Notes under the pieces: generated by a model
The model's database searches: none
Told to the model about the DNA's origin: nothing
Seen by the model: the letters and a program-made list of their open reading frames with translations, nothing else
In this document: positions 54,777-62,976 of the stretch, piece after piece
How positions within the stretch are numbered: position 1 is the stretch's first letter
Layout: every line of letters starts with the position of its first letter
DNA from: a virus
Lineage: Duplodnaviria; Heunggongvirae; Uroviricota; Caudoviricetes
Reading direction: 5' to 3' (one strand)
Length of the DNA stretch: 64,000 nt
Virus record (IMG/VR): IMGVR_UViG_3300032516_002776
Location: 51,048 to 115,047 of that record
Position numbers and translations under genes: made by a program

Positions 54777-57023
54777 ATGAAATATTCAGATTTTTACAAT
54801 TTAAAAGAAGCGCCGATTGATGATAATTCCGATGACTTACGGAAGCCTACTGGTGCTCCTCTAGCCATTGGTGAGCATGAGTCTGGAGGTCCCATAAGTT
54901 TAGATGTAAACGATCCAATTCCATGTGAATCTACCTATGATGAAAAAGTTCCTGGAAAAGTTCTTTGGCCTGACGATCCAACTCTTGATGAATCTGAATT
55001 TCCTGCTAGAAGTTTATATCCAAATGCTAAAGGCGACGAAAAAATTCGCGTTAATAATTTAAAACTAGCAAAAGAGTTAATTACTATTCTTGATCAATTT
55101 AAAGGTATTCGTGGCGCAAAGACAAAATTATATCAGTTGAAATTAAATGGTATGCCAATAACATCCACTGTAATTAAATCTATATATTTTGGTCTTAGAC
55201 AATTTTCCGATGCAGAAACCATTGCAGTAAAGAAACAACTATTATCTAATCTTAAAAAGATATATAATAAATCAATAAGTGATTGTTATTCTAAGGATGA
55301 TCTTTTAGAAACTTTAACATTAAAGAAATATGAGAATGATTTGGTTGTAGTATCTGATTTAGAAGGCAGAAAAGAACAATCTGCAGAAACATTTAGACAT
55401 AAGAATGAATTAAAGAAGGCGGGGTTTAGATGGGATGGAAAACTAAATTCGTGGGTTGTATCGACAGAAAGATTTCAAGATGCACAAAAAACCATTGCCA
55501 AAATAAACAAAAAGCCTCTTGAAGTAATTATAAGCACTCTTGATGATCTTCCAGAATTTGTATTAAATGCTGATAATATATCAAAAAAACAAGAATTGGC
55601 TGGACAAATTGAATCATTTGTGACCGATTTAAGTAATGAAGTAGATGAAGCTGCCGCCTCTGAGAAAGTTCGAGCATTTTTTGAGTTTAATCGAAGATTT
55701 AGAAATTATAGTATAGTTAATACCTTTTTAATTTATTTACAAAAGAATAATGCTACAAGAGTTGCTGGTTTTCATGCCTGGCGCGTAAAATTTCATAGAA
55801 ATGTAAAGAAGGGTGCAAAAGCAATATCAATTTTTGCTCCACAAACATATAAAGAGCGTGATGATAAAGTTGAAGATGGCGATCTTGACGCAGAAGTTAG
55901 ACAACGCCGTGTCACGCGCTTTATAGCAGTAAATGTTTTTGATGTATCCGACACAGAACCGATTGATGCAAGCGGTGAGCTTCCCGTAGAACCACAATGG
56001 TATGGAGAAAACACTCCGAGTGACATTGCGGAAAAAATATACACTTATAGTGAAGAATTATCAAAGGTATTGGGTATTAATATAACAAGAGATGTATCGC
56101 ATCGAGGAGAACGAGGATTTTCAGCTGGTGACCATATTAATATAACAAGTGGTGTTGAGGGGGTTGGTAAAGCTGCAACGATGGTTCATGAAATCGCACA
56201 CGAATTGATGCATAAGAGTGAAACTTCATTATTTTATGTGGGAACAGATACAACACGGGAACAAAAAGAATTACAAGCAGAATCTATATCTTATGTAGTA
56301 TTAAGGCATTACAATTTACCTGTACAACACCAATCTACTTATTTGGCATTATGGAAGGCTGATAAAAGTGCGGTGCAATCCAATCTCGAATTGATTAAAA
56401 AGGTATCCAATTTTATTATTGATGAAATTGACAAAATAGCTGAAAAGGATGAAAAGGCTGCTATTAATAAACCAATTGGCACTAAACCGATTGATGTTGA
56501 TAAGCAGACTTTAACGGAAGGAGCAAGGGGAATGGCTCTTGCTGGATTAGTTGGTGCTAGTTCTATGATTTCTTATCCACAAACAATGTTTGCTAGTGGA
56601 AATGTTCCAACTTCCATGGCATCTAATGAAACGCGTGGTATACGAAATAACAATCCTGGAAATATAAAAACATCAAAAGATAAATGGCAAGGCCAGACTG
56701 GAAACGATGCGGTATTTGTTAAATTTGATTCTCCTGAGAGTGGTATAAGAGCTATTGCAAAGATTTTAAAAACATATCAAGCAAAATATAATATTCATAG
56801 TATTGTTGATATAATTGCTCGATGGGCACCACAAAAAGAAAATAGAACAGATAAATATACTAATTTTGTGGCTCATAAAGTAGGTTTAGATAAAAATGTA
56901 GGAATTGATATTCTTAAAGACAAAGATATGCTAAAAAAGATTGTAAAAGCAATCATTGAATTTGAAAATGGTAAAAACCCTTATTCAGATTCTATTATTA
57001 CCTCTGGAATCAATAAATCTTAA
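54777..57023 (+). CDS. polyvalent-like protein: ArdC-N-like ssDNA-binding domain + HExxH metallopeptidase + C-terminal NNPGN-motif domain
   Basis: YSIVNTFLIYLQKNNATRVAGFHAWRV...KGAKAISIFAP resembles the ArdC N-terminal domain. MVHEIAHELMH is an HExxH metallopeptidase motif. The C-terminal GIRNNNPGNIK...W.GQ block is unidentified. Confidence 0.4.
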   Translation: MKYSDFYNLKEAPIDDNSDDLRKPTGAPLAIGEHESGGPISLDVNDPIPCESTYDEKVPGKVLWPDDPTLDESEFPARSLYPNAKGDEKIRVNNLKLAKELITILDQFKGIRGAKTKLYQLKLNGMPITSTVIKSIYFGLRQFSDAETIAVKKQLLSNLKKIYNKSISDCYSKDDLLETLTLKKYENDLVVVSDLEGRKEQSAETFRHKNELKKAGFRWDGKLNSWVVSTERFQDAQKTIAKINKKPLEVIISTLDDLPEFVLNADNISKKQELAGQIESFVTDLSNEVDEAAASEKVRAFFEFNRRFRNYSIVNTFLIYLQKNNATRVAGFHAWRVKFHRNVKKGAKAISIFAPQTYKERDDKVEDGDLDAEVRQRRVTRFIAVNVFDVSDTEPIDASGELPVEPQWYGENTPSDIAEKIYTYSEELSKVLGINITRDVSHRGERGFSAGDHINITSGVEGVGKAATMVHEIAHELMHKSETSLFYVGTDTTREQKELQAESISYVVLRHYNLPVQHQSTYLALWKADKSAVQSNLELIKKVSNFIIDEIDKIAEKDEKAAINKPIGTKPIDVDKQTLTEGARGMALAGLVGASSMISYPQTMFASGNVPTSMASNETRGIRNNNPGNIKTSKDKWQGQTGNDAVFVKFDSPESGIRAIAKILKTYQAKYNIHSIVDIIARWAPQKENRTDKYTNFVAHKVGLDKNVGIDILKDKDMLKKIVKAIIEFENGKNPYSDSIITSGINKS

Positions 57024-57098
57024 AAAAATCCTTCTTAAAGGATAAATAATGATTATAATAAGTTGTTAATGTTGTGTAAGTGTTATATATTACTACAT

Positions 57099-57398
57099 AT
57101 GAAATATTATTTAGTAGATACAACACAATCAACAGACCCACAGTTTTTTAATAATGTGGCAGACCTCGTTAAACATCTCGAAGGTACAGTTCAACGAAAG
57201 TTTAGACTAACACGAAAACAATACATGCAAAATCTAATTGATTTAGGTTATGGCTATGATGATCCCGAAGGCGCTACATTTGCTTCAAGCATGGGTGAAA
57301 CTTTCTCTATGGGTTCTTATCAAGACGGAAGATTAATCCGTTCAAACATACATGAAACCAGTAGAAACACCAAGTATCAGAATGAATATGGAAATTAA
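57099..57398 (+). CDS. hypothetical protein
   Basis: The track start 57063 is TTG, so the ATG at 57099 (MKYYLVD...) is used. TTGTTA-N17-TATATA boxes lie just upstream. Confidence 0.35.
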   Translation: MKYYLVDTTQSTDPQFFNNVADLVKHLEGTVQRKFRLTRKQYMQNLIDLGYGYDDPEGATFASSMGETFSMGSYQDGRLIRSNIHETSRNTKYQNEYGN

Positions 57399-57414
57399 TT
57401 AATTAGTTGTTAAT

Positions 57415-59019
57415 ATGATTAATTTAAATGTTAAATGGAGCGAGCCATGCAAAATAAAAACAAAGTATGGTGAGCAATATCGAAGAGAATGGTTAATACC
57501 TGCGGGGTATCGTTCTATTTTTTTTGATTATTGGCGTTTCAATTCTTTTAAATTAAAAGATAAGGGTTATGGGGTTTATAAGAAAGATAAAGATTGGTTT
57601 TTGACAGAAAGCAAAGTTGCACTGCATCATTTTGAAGAATATAAAGATACGGCACCATCCTTAGAAGAATCTGATTTTATCTTGTTACCAAAAGATGTTA
57701 AAGATGTAACGGGATTAAGACCTTGGCAAATTAATTCAGTTGGTAAAATATGTGCTGCATTAGAAAAGTGGGATTGTGCTATAGATGGTTCTGATTTAGG
57801 AATTGGCAAGACATATATTGCTTGTGCAGTTGCGCGTGAGCTAAATATGGATATTCTTGTGGTTTGTCCCAAAGCGGTAATGGAAACATGGCGCAGAGTA
57901 GTTTGTAATCATTTTAAAATGAAGAGTAAGTTGAAAGGAATTATTAACTATGAAATGCTTCGAATAGGCAAAGCAGAATCGGATATTGCCTCTTACATTA
58001 AAAACAAAAAGACCCATAAAGAAGAATTTATTTGGAAAATACCCAAAGAGACATTAATTATTTGGGATGAAAGCCAAAAATTAAAAGGTAGTAATACTCA
58101 GAATAGTAAAACTTGTTTGCATGCTTTAAAACAAGAATATAAAATGTTATTTTGTAGTGCAACTAATGCCACAAATCCTTTGGAACTAAGAACGGTGGGA
58201 ATGTGTTTACAATTGTTTAAAAATGGAAAGCAATACTATCAATGGTTATATTCTCATGGAGTTGATCGGGGTAGATTTGGATTACAATTTAACAATAGCA
58301 AAGATGTATTGAAAAAATTACATAAAGATATATTTATTGATAGGGGTGTTCGACTTACAAGAGATACCATTCCTAATTTTCCCGAAAGTGAAATTATTGC
58401 CGAATGTTATAATATGGAAGAAGAATCCACCAAACAAATTAATGCTCACTATGATGAAATGTATAAAGAGCTTGCGAAGCTTAAAAGAAAAGAAAAATCC
58501 GATAAGGCAAGTGAATTAACTGCAATTTTGCGGGCACGACAGAAGATAGAATTGGTTAAAGTACCATTATTTATAGATATGATAGAAGAAGGTTTAGAAA
58601 ATGGTATGAGTGTAGTAGTATTTGTTAATTTTACAGAAACCATCAATGCACTTGCAAAAAGATTGAATACAAATTGTATAGTTAATGGTTTAGTGTCAGA
58701 TGTTAAACGCATACAAAATGTTGATAATTTTCAAGATGACAAAGAACGCGTTATTCTTGTAAATATACAGGCCGGCGGTTCTGGACTTAGTTTACATGAT
58801 ATTAATGGAAAATATCCACGCCTTAGTTTGTTATCACCCAGCTATAGTGCAATATGTATGCGGCAAGCAACAGGTAGAGTTTGGCGTGACAGTGCAAAAA
58901 GTAAAAGTGTTCAAAAAATTGTATTTGTTGCTGATACTGTTGAGGAAAAAGTTTGTGAATCTGTAAATGCTAAATTAAAAAATTTAGATTTGTTAAATGA
59001 CGGAGATTTATCTTTATGA
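57415..59019 (+). CDS. SF2 helicase (UvsW/SNF2-like)
   Basis: LRPWQ, Walker A GIGKT, DExx box IIWDESQ, and motif VI QATGRVWR. Confidence 0.6.
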   Translation: MINLNVKWSEPCKIKTKYGEQYRREWLIPAGYRSIFFDYWRFNSFKLKDKGYGVYKKDKDWFLTESKVALHHFEEYKDTAPSLEESDFILLPKDVKDVTGLRPWQINSVGKICAALEKWDCAIDGSDLGIGKTYIACAVARELNMDILVVCPKAVMETWRRVVCNHFKMKSKLKGIINYEMLRIGKAESDIASYIKNKKTHKEEFIWKIPKETLIIWDESQKLKGSNTQNSKTCLHALKQEYKMLFCSATNATNPLELRTVGMCLQLFKNGKQYYQWLYSHGVDRGRFGLQFNNSKDVLKKLHKDIFIDRGVRLTRDTIPNFPESEIIAECYNMEEESTKQINAHYDEMYKELAKLKRKEKSDKASELTAILRARQKIELVKVPLFIDMIEEGLENGMSVVVFVNFTETINALAKRLNTNCIVNGLVSDVKRIQNVDNFQDDKERVILVNIQAGGSGLSLHDINGKYPRLSLLSPSYSAICMRQATGRVWRDSAKSKSVQKIVFVADTVEEKVCESVNAKLKNLDLLNDGDLSL

Positions 59020-59393
59020 AGAAAAACCCAATAAAAAAGATTGATAAAGTAGCCACTAACATAGCGGTTATTAAATTAATGAATGATACATATGAAGTAG
59101 AATTGAATGTATTGCAGCCAGATGATGATATTCTATTAGAAGCGTGTACTAGACTATTAGAAAACCATATAAAAAATAATAATTTAAATGTATCTCCGTT
59201 TATGGAAGCTAAATTAAAAAACGAAGAAGAAACGCATTTATACAATACATATAAAGTATTAATAAATGGCGCATTCCACAAATATGCTGAAAATTTGCGT
59301 ACGTCATTTTTGCATGTATGGAATGTTGATTTAAGTCAAGAACCAATTAGATCAAAAGAAATATGGAAAACGAAAACCAAGACGCTTTATTAA
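59016..59393 (+). CDS. hypothetical protein
   Basis: 125 aa with an ATGA overlap. Confidence 0.4.
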   Translation: MKKNPIKKIDKVATNIAVIKLMNDTYEVELNVLQPDDDILLEACTRLLENHIKNNNLNVSPFMEAKLKNEEETHLYNTYKVLINGAFHKYAENLRTSFLHVWNVDLSQEPIRSKEIWKTKTKTLY

Positions 59394-60082
59394 AACAATT
59401 ATTAAAGCAGGTATCAGAATTATCAGGAAAAGTGCAAGAATTGGAAACTCTGAAAAGAGATTTACCAACATCTGCCCAACTGTACCAACAACTTAATCCT
59501 CAATCTGGTTCTTTATTTAACATTTCACCATTTCCAGAAAAGCTAAAACGGGGAAGAGGTTCAAGGCCGCCATTAGAATCGGATATTTTAGCTGCTCAAG
59601 ATAAATCCCGAAGTGCTTCGGAAACTGCTAGAACTTTAAATATTTGTTATACAACATATAAAAAGTATGCGAAACTATATGGGGTCTTTGAGAAGAAAAT
59701 CAACAAAACAGCTAAAGGAATACCAAAGACACCAAATCCAAATAAAGGAAAATATCCTTTAAATGACATACTTGCTGGAAAATACCCAGATTATCCCATT
59801 TTTCGTCTAAAAGATAAATTAATAAGAGCAAAAACAAAACCAATGGCTTGTGAGCAATGTGGATTCTGTGAACGAAGAATAACCGATGGGAAAATACCAT
59901 TATTATTAGTATTTGAGGATGGAAACAGCAAAAACCACAAATTAGAGAATATGAAATTGTTTTGTTATAATTGTTCATTTACTTCGGGTAAAATTTGGTC
60001 TAGATTTACTGATAGAAGCAAATGGTTGAACAATCCTGATAGAATTTTAGGAGCATCAAGAGACACGAAACAGATTTGTTAA
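59363..60082 (+). CDS. putative HNH-like Zn-finger DNA-binding protein / homing-endonuclease-like
   Basis: An HTH-like central region, then a C-terminal CEQCGFC...DGNSKNHKLENMKLFCYNC. Confidence 0.35.
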   Translation: MENENQDALLKQLLKQVSELSGKVQELETLKRDLPTSAQLYQQLNPQSGSLFNISPFPEKLKRGRGSRPPLESDILAAQDKSRSASETARTLNICYTTYKKYAKLYGVFEKKINKTAKGIPKTPNPNKGKYPLNDILAGKYPDYPIFRLKDKLIRAKTKPMACEQCGFCERRITDGKIPLLLVFEDGNSKNHKLENMKLFCYNCSFTSGKIWSRFTDRSKWLNNPDRILGASRDTKQIC

Positions 60083-60098
60083 TGATATTTATTGCATC

Positions 60099-60608
60099 AT
60101 GAATAACAAAATAACACATTTATTAAATTCAATGGAAATCTTGGATACATTCAATATTTCAAAAAAGGTTTCCAATACGGACATAACCAAATTGAAAAAT
60201 AAAATGATTGGTGATTGTTCTACACGATTTGAGTTGCAAGAATTATTAAAAGAAGAATTGATTAATGAAACAGATAAATATCTGCAAACGCATTACATTC
60301 CTGGTTTATTAACACCTAATAAAGGTCCAAATCGACCAAATAATCAGCCATCAAGGCCTACACAAAAGCCAAAGAAGCGGATTAATGTAAAAAGTGAAAA
60401 ATTTGTAAGAGTTAAATTCAATGCTGAAAACTTAGCAAAAACATTAAATGAAAATAAATTAGATAAAGAAGAAATGTTGTTTTTTGTTATATCTTTGGTG
60501 AATATGTTAGAATTAAGTGAGGATGATTTTGATGCGTTTCATAAAAAAATGGAGAGCGACGACGACTTTGAAGAAATGGACGACGACGACTCTCAACAAA
60601 TTAAATAA
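60099..60608 (+). CDS. hypothetical protein with acidic C-terminus
   Basis: 169 aa. Confidence 0.4.
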   Translation: MNNKITHLLNSMEILDTFNISKKVSNTDITKLKNKMIGDCSTRFELQELLKEELINETDKYLQTHYIPGLLTPNKGPNRPNNQPSRPTQKPKKRINVKSEKFVRVKFNAENLAKTLNENKLDKEEMLFFVISLVNMLELSEDDFDAFHKKMESDDDFEEMDDDDSQQIK

Positions 60609-60624
60609 AAACAAAAGAGGTTAT

Positions 60625-61788
60625 ATGAAAAATGTGTTACTTACACAGCAAATTATTTCTGTGTGCAAAAAACAAAATAAACCTGTTGTATTCATAACAG
60701 GCGTAACAGGTCAGGATGGTAGTTATATGGTAGATTACTTATTAAAGAATTATCCAGACAGATTCTTAATAGTTTGTGGAGTAAGGCGTAATAGTTCTTT
60801 AAATGATATAAACATAAAGCATGTTTCTGATAAAGATTATTTTTTGACATATTTTGACCTAACTGATTCTGGTAATATAAATTCGCTAATAGAAAATATT
60901 AAACCTGCTTATTTTATAAATTTTGGCGGCCAAAGTTTTGTCGGAACCAGTTGGGATTTAGCAAAGCAAACATTTGAAACAAACGCAATTTCAATGATTT
61001 CCATATTGGATGCAATAAGAAAATATTCACCGACTACAAAATTTTATCAGGCGGGAAGTTCAGAAGAATTTGGAAATGTAGAATATAGTCCACAAGATGA
61101 AAAACACCCATTAAAACCACGCAGTCCTTATGGAGCAAGTAAAGCCGCAGCACGATTATTGCTAAAAACTTACAGAGAAAGTTACAATTTATATGCGGTT
61201 GCTGGTTGGTTGTTTAATCACGAATCGGAACGGCGTGGACCTGAATTTGTTACTAGAAAAATAACAATAGGTGTAGCAAAAATTGATAAAGATATAAAAG
61301 CGGGCAATACCATCACCACCATTAAACTTGGAAATATAAACACCCAAAGAGACTGGTCACACGCTGAAGATATGGTAGATGGTGTCTGGAGAATGTTAAA
61401 TCAAGAAGTATATAATAAAGAACTGGGTTGGATTGGAGAATTTGATGGAATTGAAACTTTAATTTATGATGCATCTAAACACATCAAAGATTATGTTCTT
61501 GGTAGTGGTGAAACACATACAATTAAAGAATTTGTAAAATTAGCATTTCAAGCAGCAGGTTATCTTGGAAATTGGCATGAATTTACAGAGGGAGAAGAAG
61601 TATTTGTGTTAGCAAGTAATGATATGATTGTAGTGGAAGTTGATAAAAAATTATATCGTCCTGCCGAAGTAAATCATCTAATTGCTGATAACACTTTAGC
61701 AAAAGAAGAATTGAGATGGAAGCCACAAGTTTCATTTAAAGAATTAGTAAGTAGAATGGTTATTAACGATATAAACCTTATAAAATAA
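60625..61788 (+). CDS. gmd: GDP-mannose 4,6-dehydratase
   Basis: ITGVTGQDGSYMVDYLL and NHESERRGPEFVTRKIT are near-identical to the bacterial GMD signatures. The ATG at 60625 with an AAGAGG RBS is preferred over the track start 60517. Confidence 0.75.
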   Translation: MKNVLLTQQIISVCKKQNKPVVFITGVTGQDGSYMVDYLLKNYPDRFLIVCGVRRNSSLNDINIKHVSDKDYFLTYFDLTDSGNINSLIENIKPAYFINFGGQSFVGTSWDLAKQTFETNAISMISILDAIRKYSPTTKFYQAGSSEEFGNVEYSPQDEKHPLKPRSPYGASKAAARLLLKTYRESYNLYAVAGWLFNHESERRGPEFVTRKITIGVAKIDKDIKAGNTITTIKLGNINTQRDWSHAEDMVDGVWRMLNQEVYNKELGWIGEFDGIETLIYDASKHIKDYVLGSGETHTIKEFVKLAFQAAGYLGNWHEFTEGEEVFVLASNDMIVVEVDKKLYRPAEVNHLIADNTLAKEELRWKPQVSFKELVSRMVINDINLIK

Positions 61789-61841
61789 GGAAAATTTACC
61801 ACAACCATAATATATATTTGTAGAAAGATAAGGAAAAAATT

Positions 61842-62420
61842 ATGAAAAAAATGATGTTACTAGTTGCAATTTGTATAATAATGTTTTCAAGTGTTATTAT
61901 GGCCGATACAAATTCTCCAGAAGTTGTTGCAAGTACCAATACCACCGATACTGCCAAAATAGCTGTGCCAGGCCTTGGTGATTTATTTAAGATATATTTT
62001 GATTTGGCTTTAGACTACATCGCAACAAATGGAGTTATGAGCGTTGGTTATGGTATAAGTGCGGATTCACACATACACGGTACATTAGTATCTACATCTT
62101 TAAAGCTTGATCAACTATCATTTAATATACATAAAACATTAGTAACGCCTGGAATAGAAAACGGTGTATTATTTAATAGTAAGCCGGGTGGAGTTGATTA
62201 TCATTTAGTGGGTGTTAATGTGTTAATACATTGGTTTCGAGCACCACCATGGGTTGAAACTCTTCAAAGTAAACCGGTTCTTAAATCTGTAATATTTCCT
62301 AAATTTAGTGAATGGTATTTTCAACCAAGTGCTGACTATCCTTCCGATAAATTTGTAAATGGACAATTTTATTCTAAATATATTATTATTGGTATAAAAG
62401 GCGGGTGGAAATTTAACTAA
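61842..62420 (+). CDS. secreted protein (signal peptide)
   Basis: MKKMMLLVAICIIMFSSVIMA with a probable cleavage site before DTN. Confidence 0.45.
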   Translation: MKKMMLLVAICIIMFSSVIMADTNSPEVVASTNTTDTAKIAVPGLGDLFKIYFDLALDYIATNGVMSVGYGISADSHIHGTLVSTSLKLDQLSFNIHKTLVTPGIENGVLFNSKPGGVDYHLVGVNVLIHWFRAPPWVETLQSKPVLKSVIFPKFSEWYFQPSADYPSDKFVNGQFYSKYIIIGIKGGWKFN

Positions 62421-62421
62421 A

Positions 62422-62916
62422 ATGTTATTATCTGAAATACATCCGAGACAATGCGATATAGTGTTTGTGCATTCTTACCACATACCAAGCGCGACAGTTC
62501 GGTGGTGGACAAATAGTTTATTTGACCATGTTGAGATTGTCGTGGATGATGCTACATCAATTGGTTCAAGGCCAAGGGGAGGCGTACAAATACATCCTTT
62601 TTCTGTTTTTGATAATAGAAAAATATGCGATTGGACTTTAATGCGTTATAGTGGAAATTTGAGTAAAAATACAAAGAATGGTATTATTAATTTTGCAAAA
62701 TCTCAGATTGGTAAACCCTATGATTGGTATGGAATTTTAGGCATTGCTATTAAGAAAAACATAGAAAAAGAAAGCGAATGGTTTTGTAGTGAATTTGTAA
62801 ATACTGCATTTTTCAAGAATAATGTAACTCTAATACCAAGAAAATCATCAGGCTTTGTTGTACCAGAATTATTATATCAATCCCTTGCTTTAGACCTAAT
62901 ATACACTACATTTTAA
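62422..62916 (+). CDS. putative permuted papain-fold (YiiX/NlpC-like) peptidase
   Basis: His (HVEIVVDD) precedes Cys (EWFCSEFV), with PYDWYGILGIA between. The assignment is weak. Confidence 0.3.
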   Translation: MLLSEIHPRQCDIVFVHSYHIPSATVRWWTNSLFDHVEIVVDDATSIGSRPRGGVQIHPFSVFDNRKICDWTLMRYSGNLSKNTKNGIINFAKSQIGKPYDWYGILGIAIKKNIEKESEWFCSEFVNTAFFKNNVTLIPRKSSGFVVPELLYQSLALDLIYTTF

Positions 62917-62976
62917 TAGGCATCTTACAAATAAAATGTTATATTCAAAAATATTAACTATTTATATGTATAACAT

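Noticed and set aside
57029-57046. Hairpin ATCCTT-ctta-AAGGAT after the 54777..57023 stop, as a possible terminator.
   Set aside because: The stem is only 6 bp and AT-rich, and it is followed by an A-rich rather than a T-rich tract. This is not convincing as an intrinsic terminator.
60517-60624. The longer track start (60517) for GDP-mannose dehydratase, giving a 36-aa N-terminal extension overlapping the upstream gene.
   Set aside because: Homologous GMDs begin right at the Rossmann motif. The ATG at 60625 has an AAGAGG RBS and avoids a 92-nt overlap.
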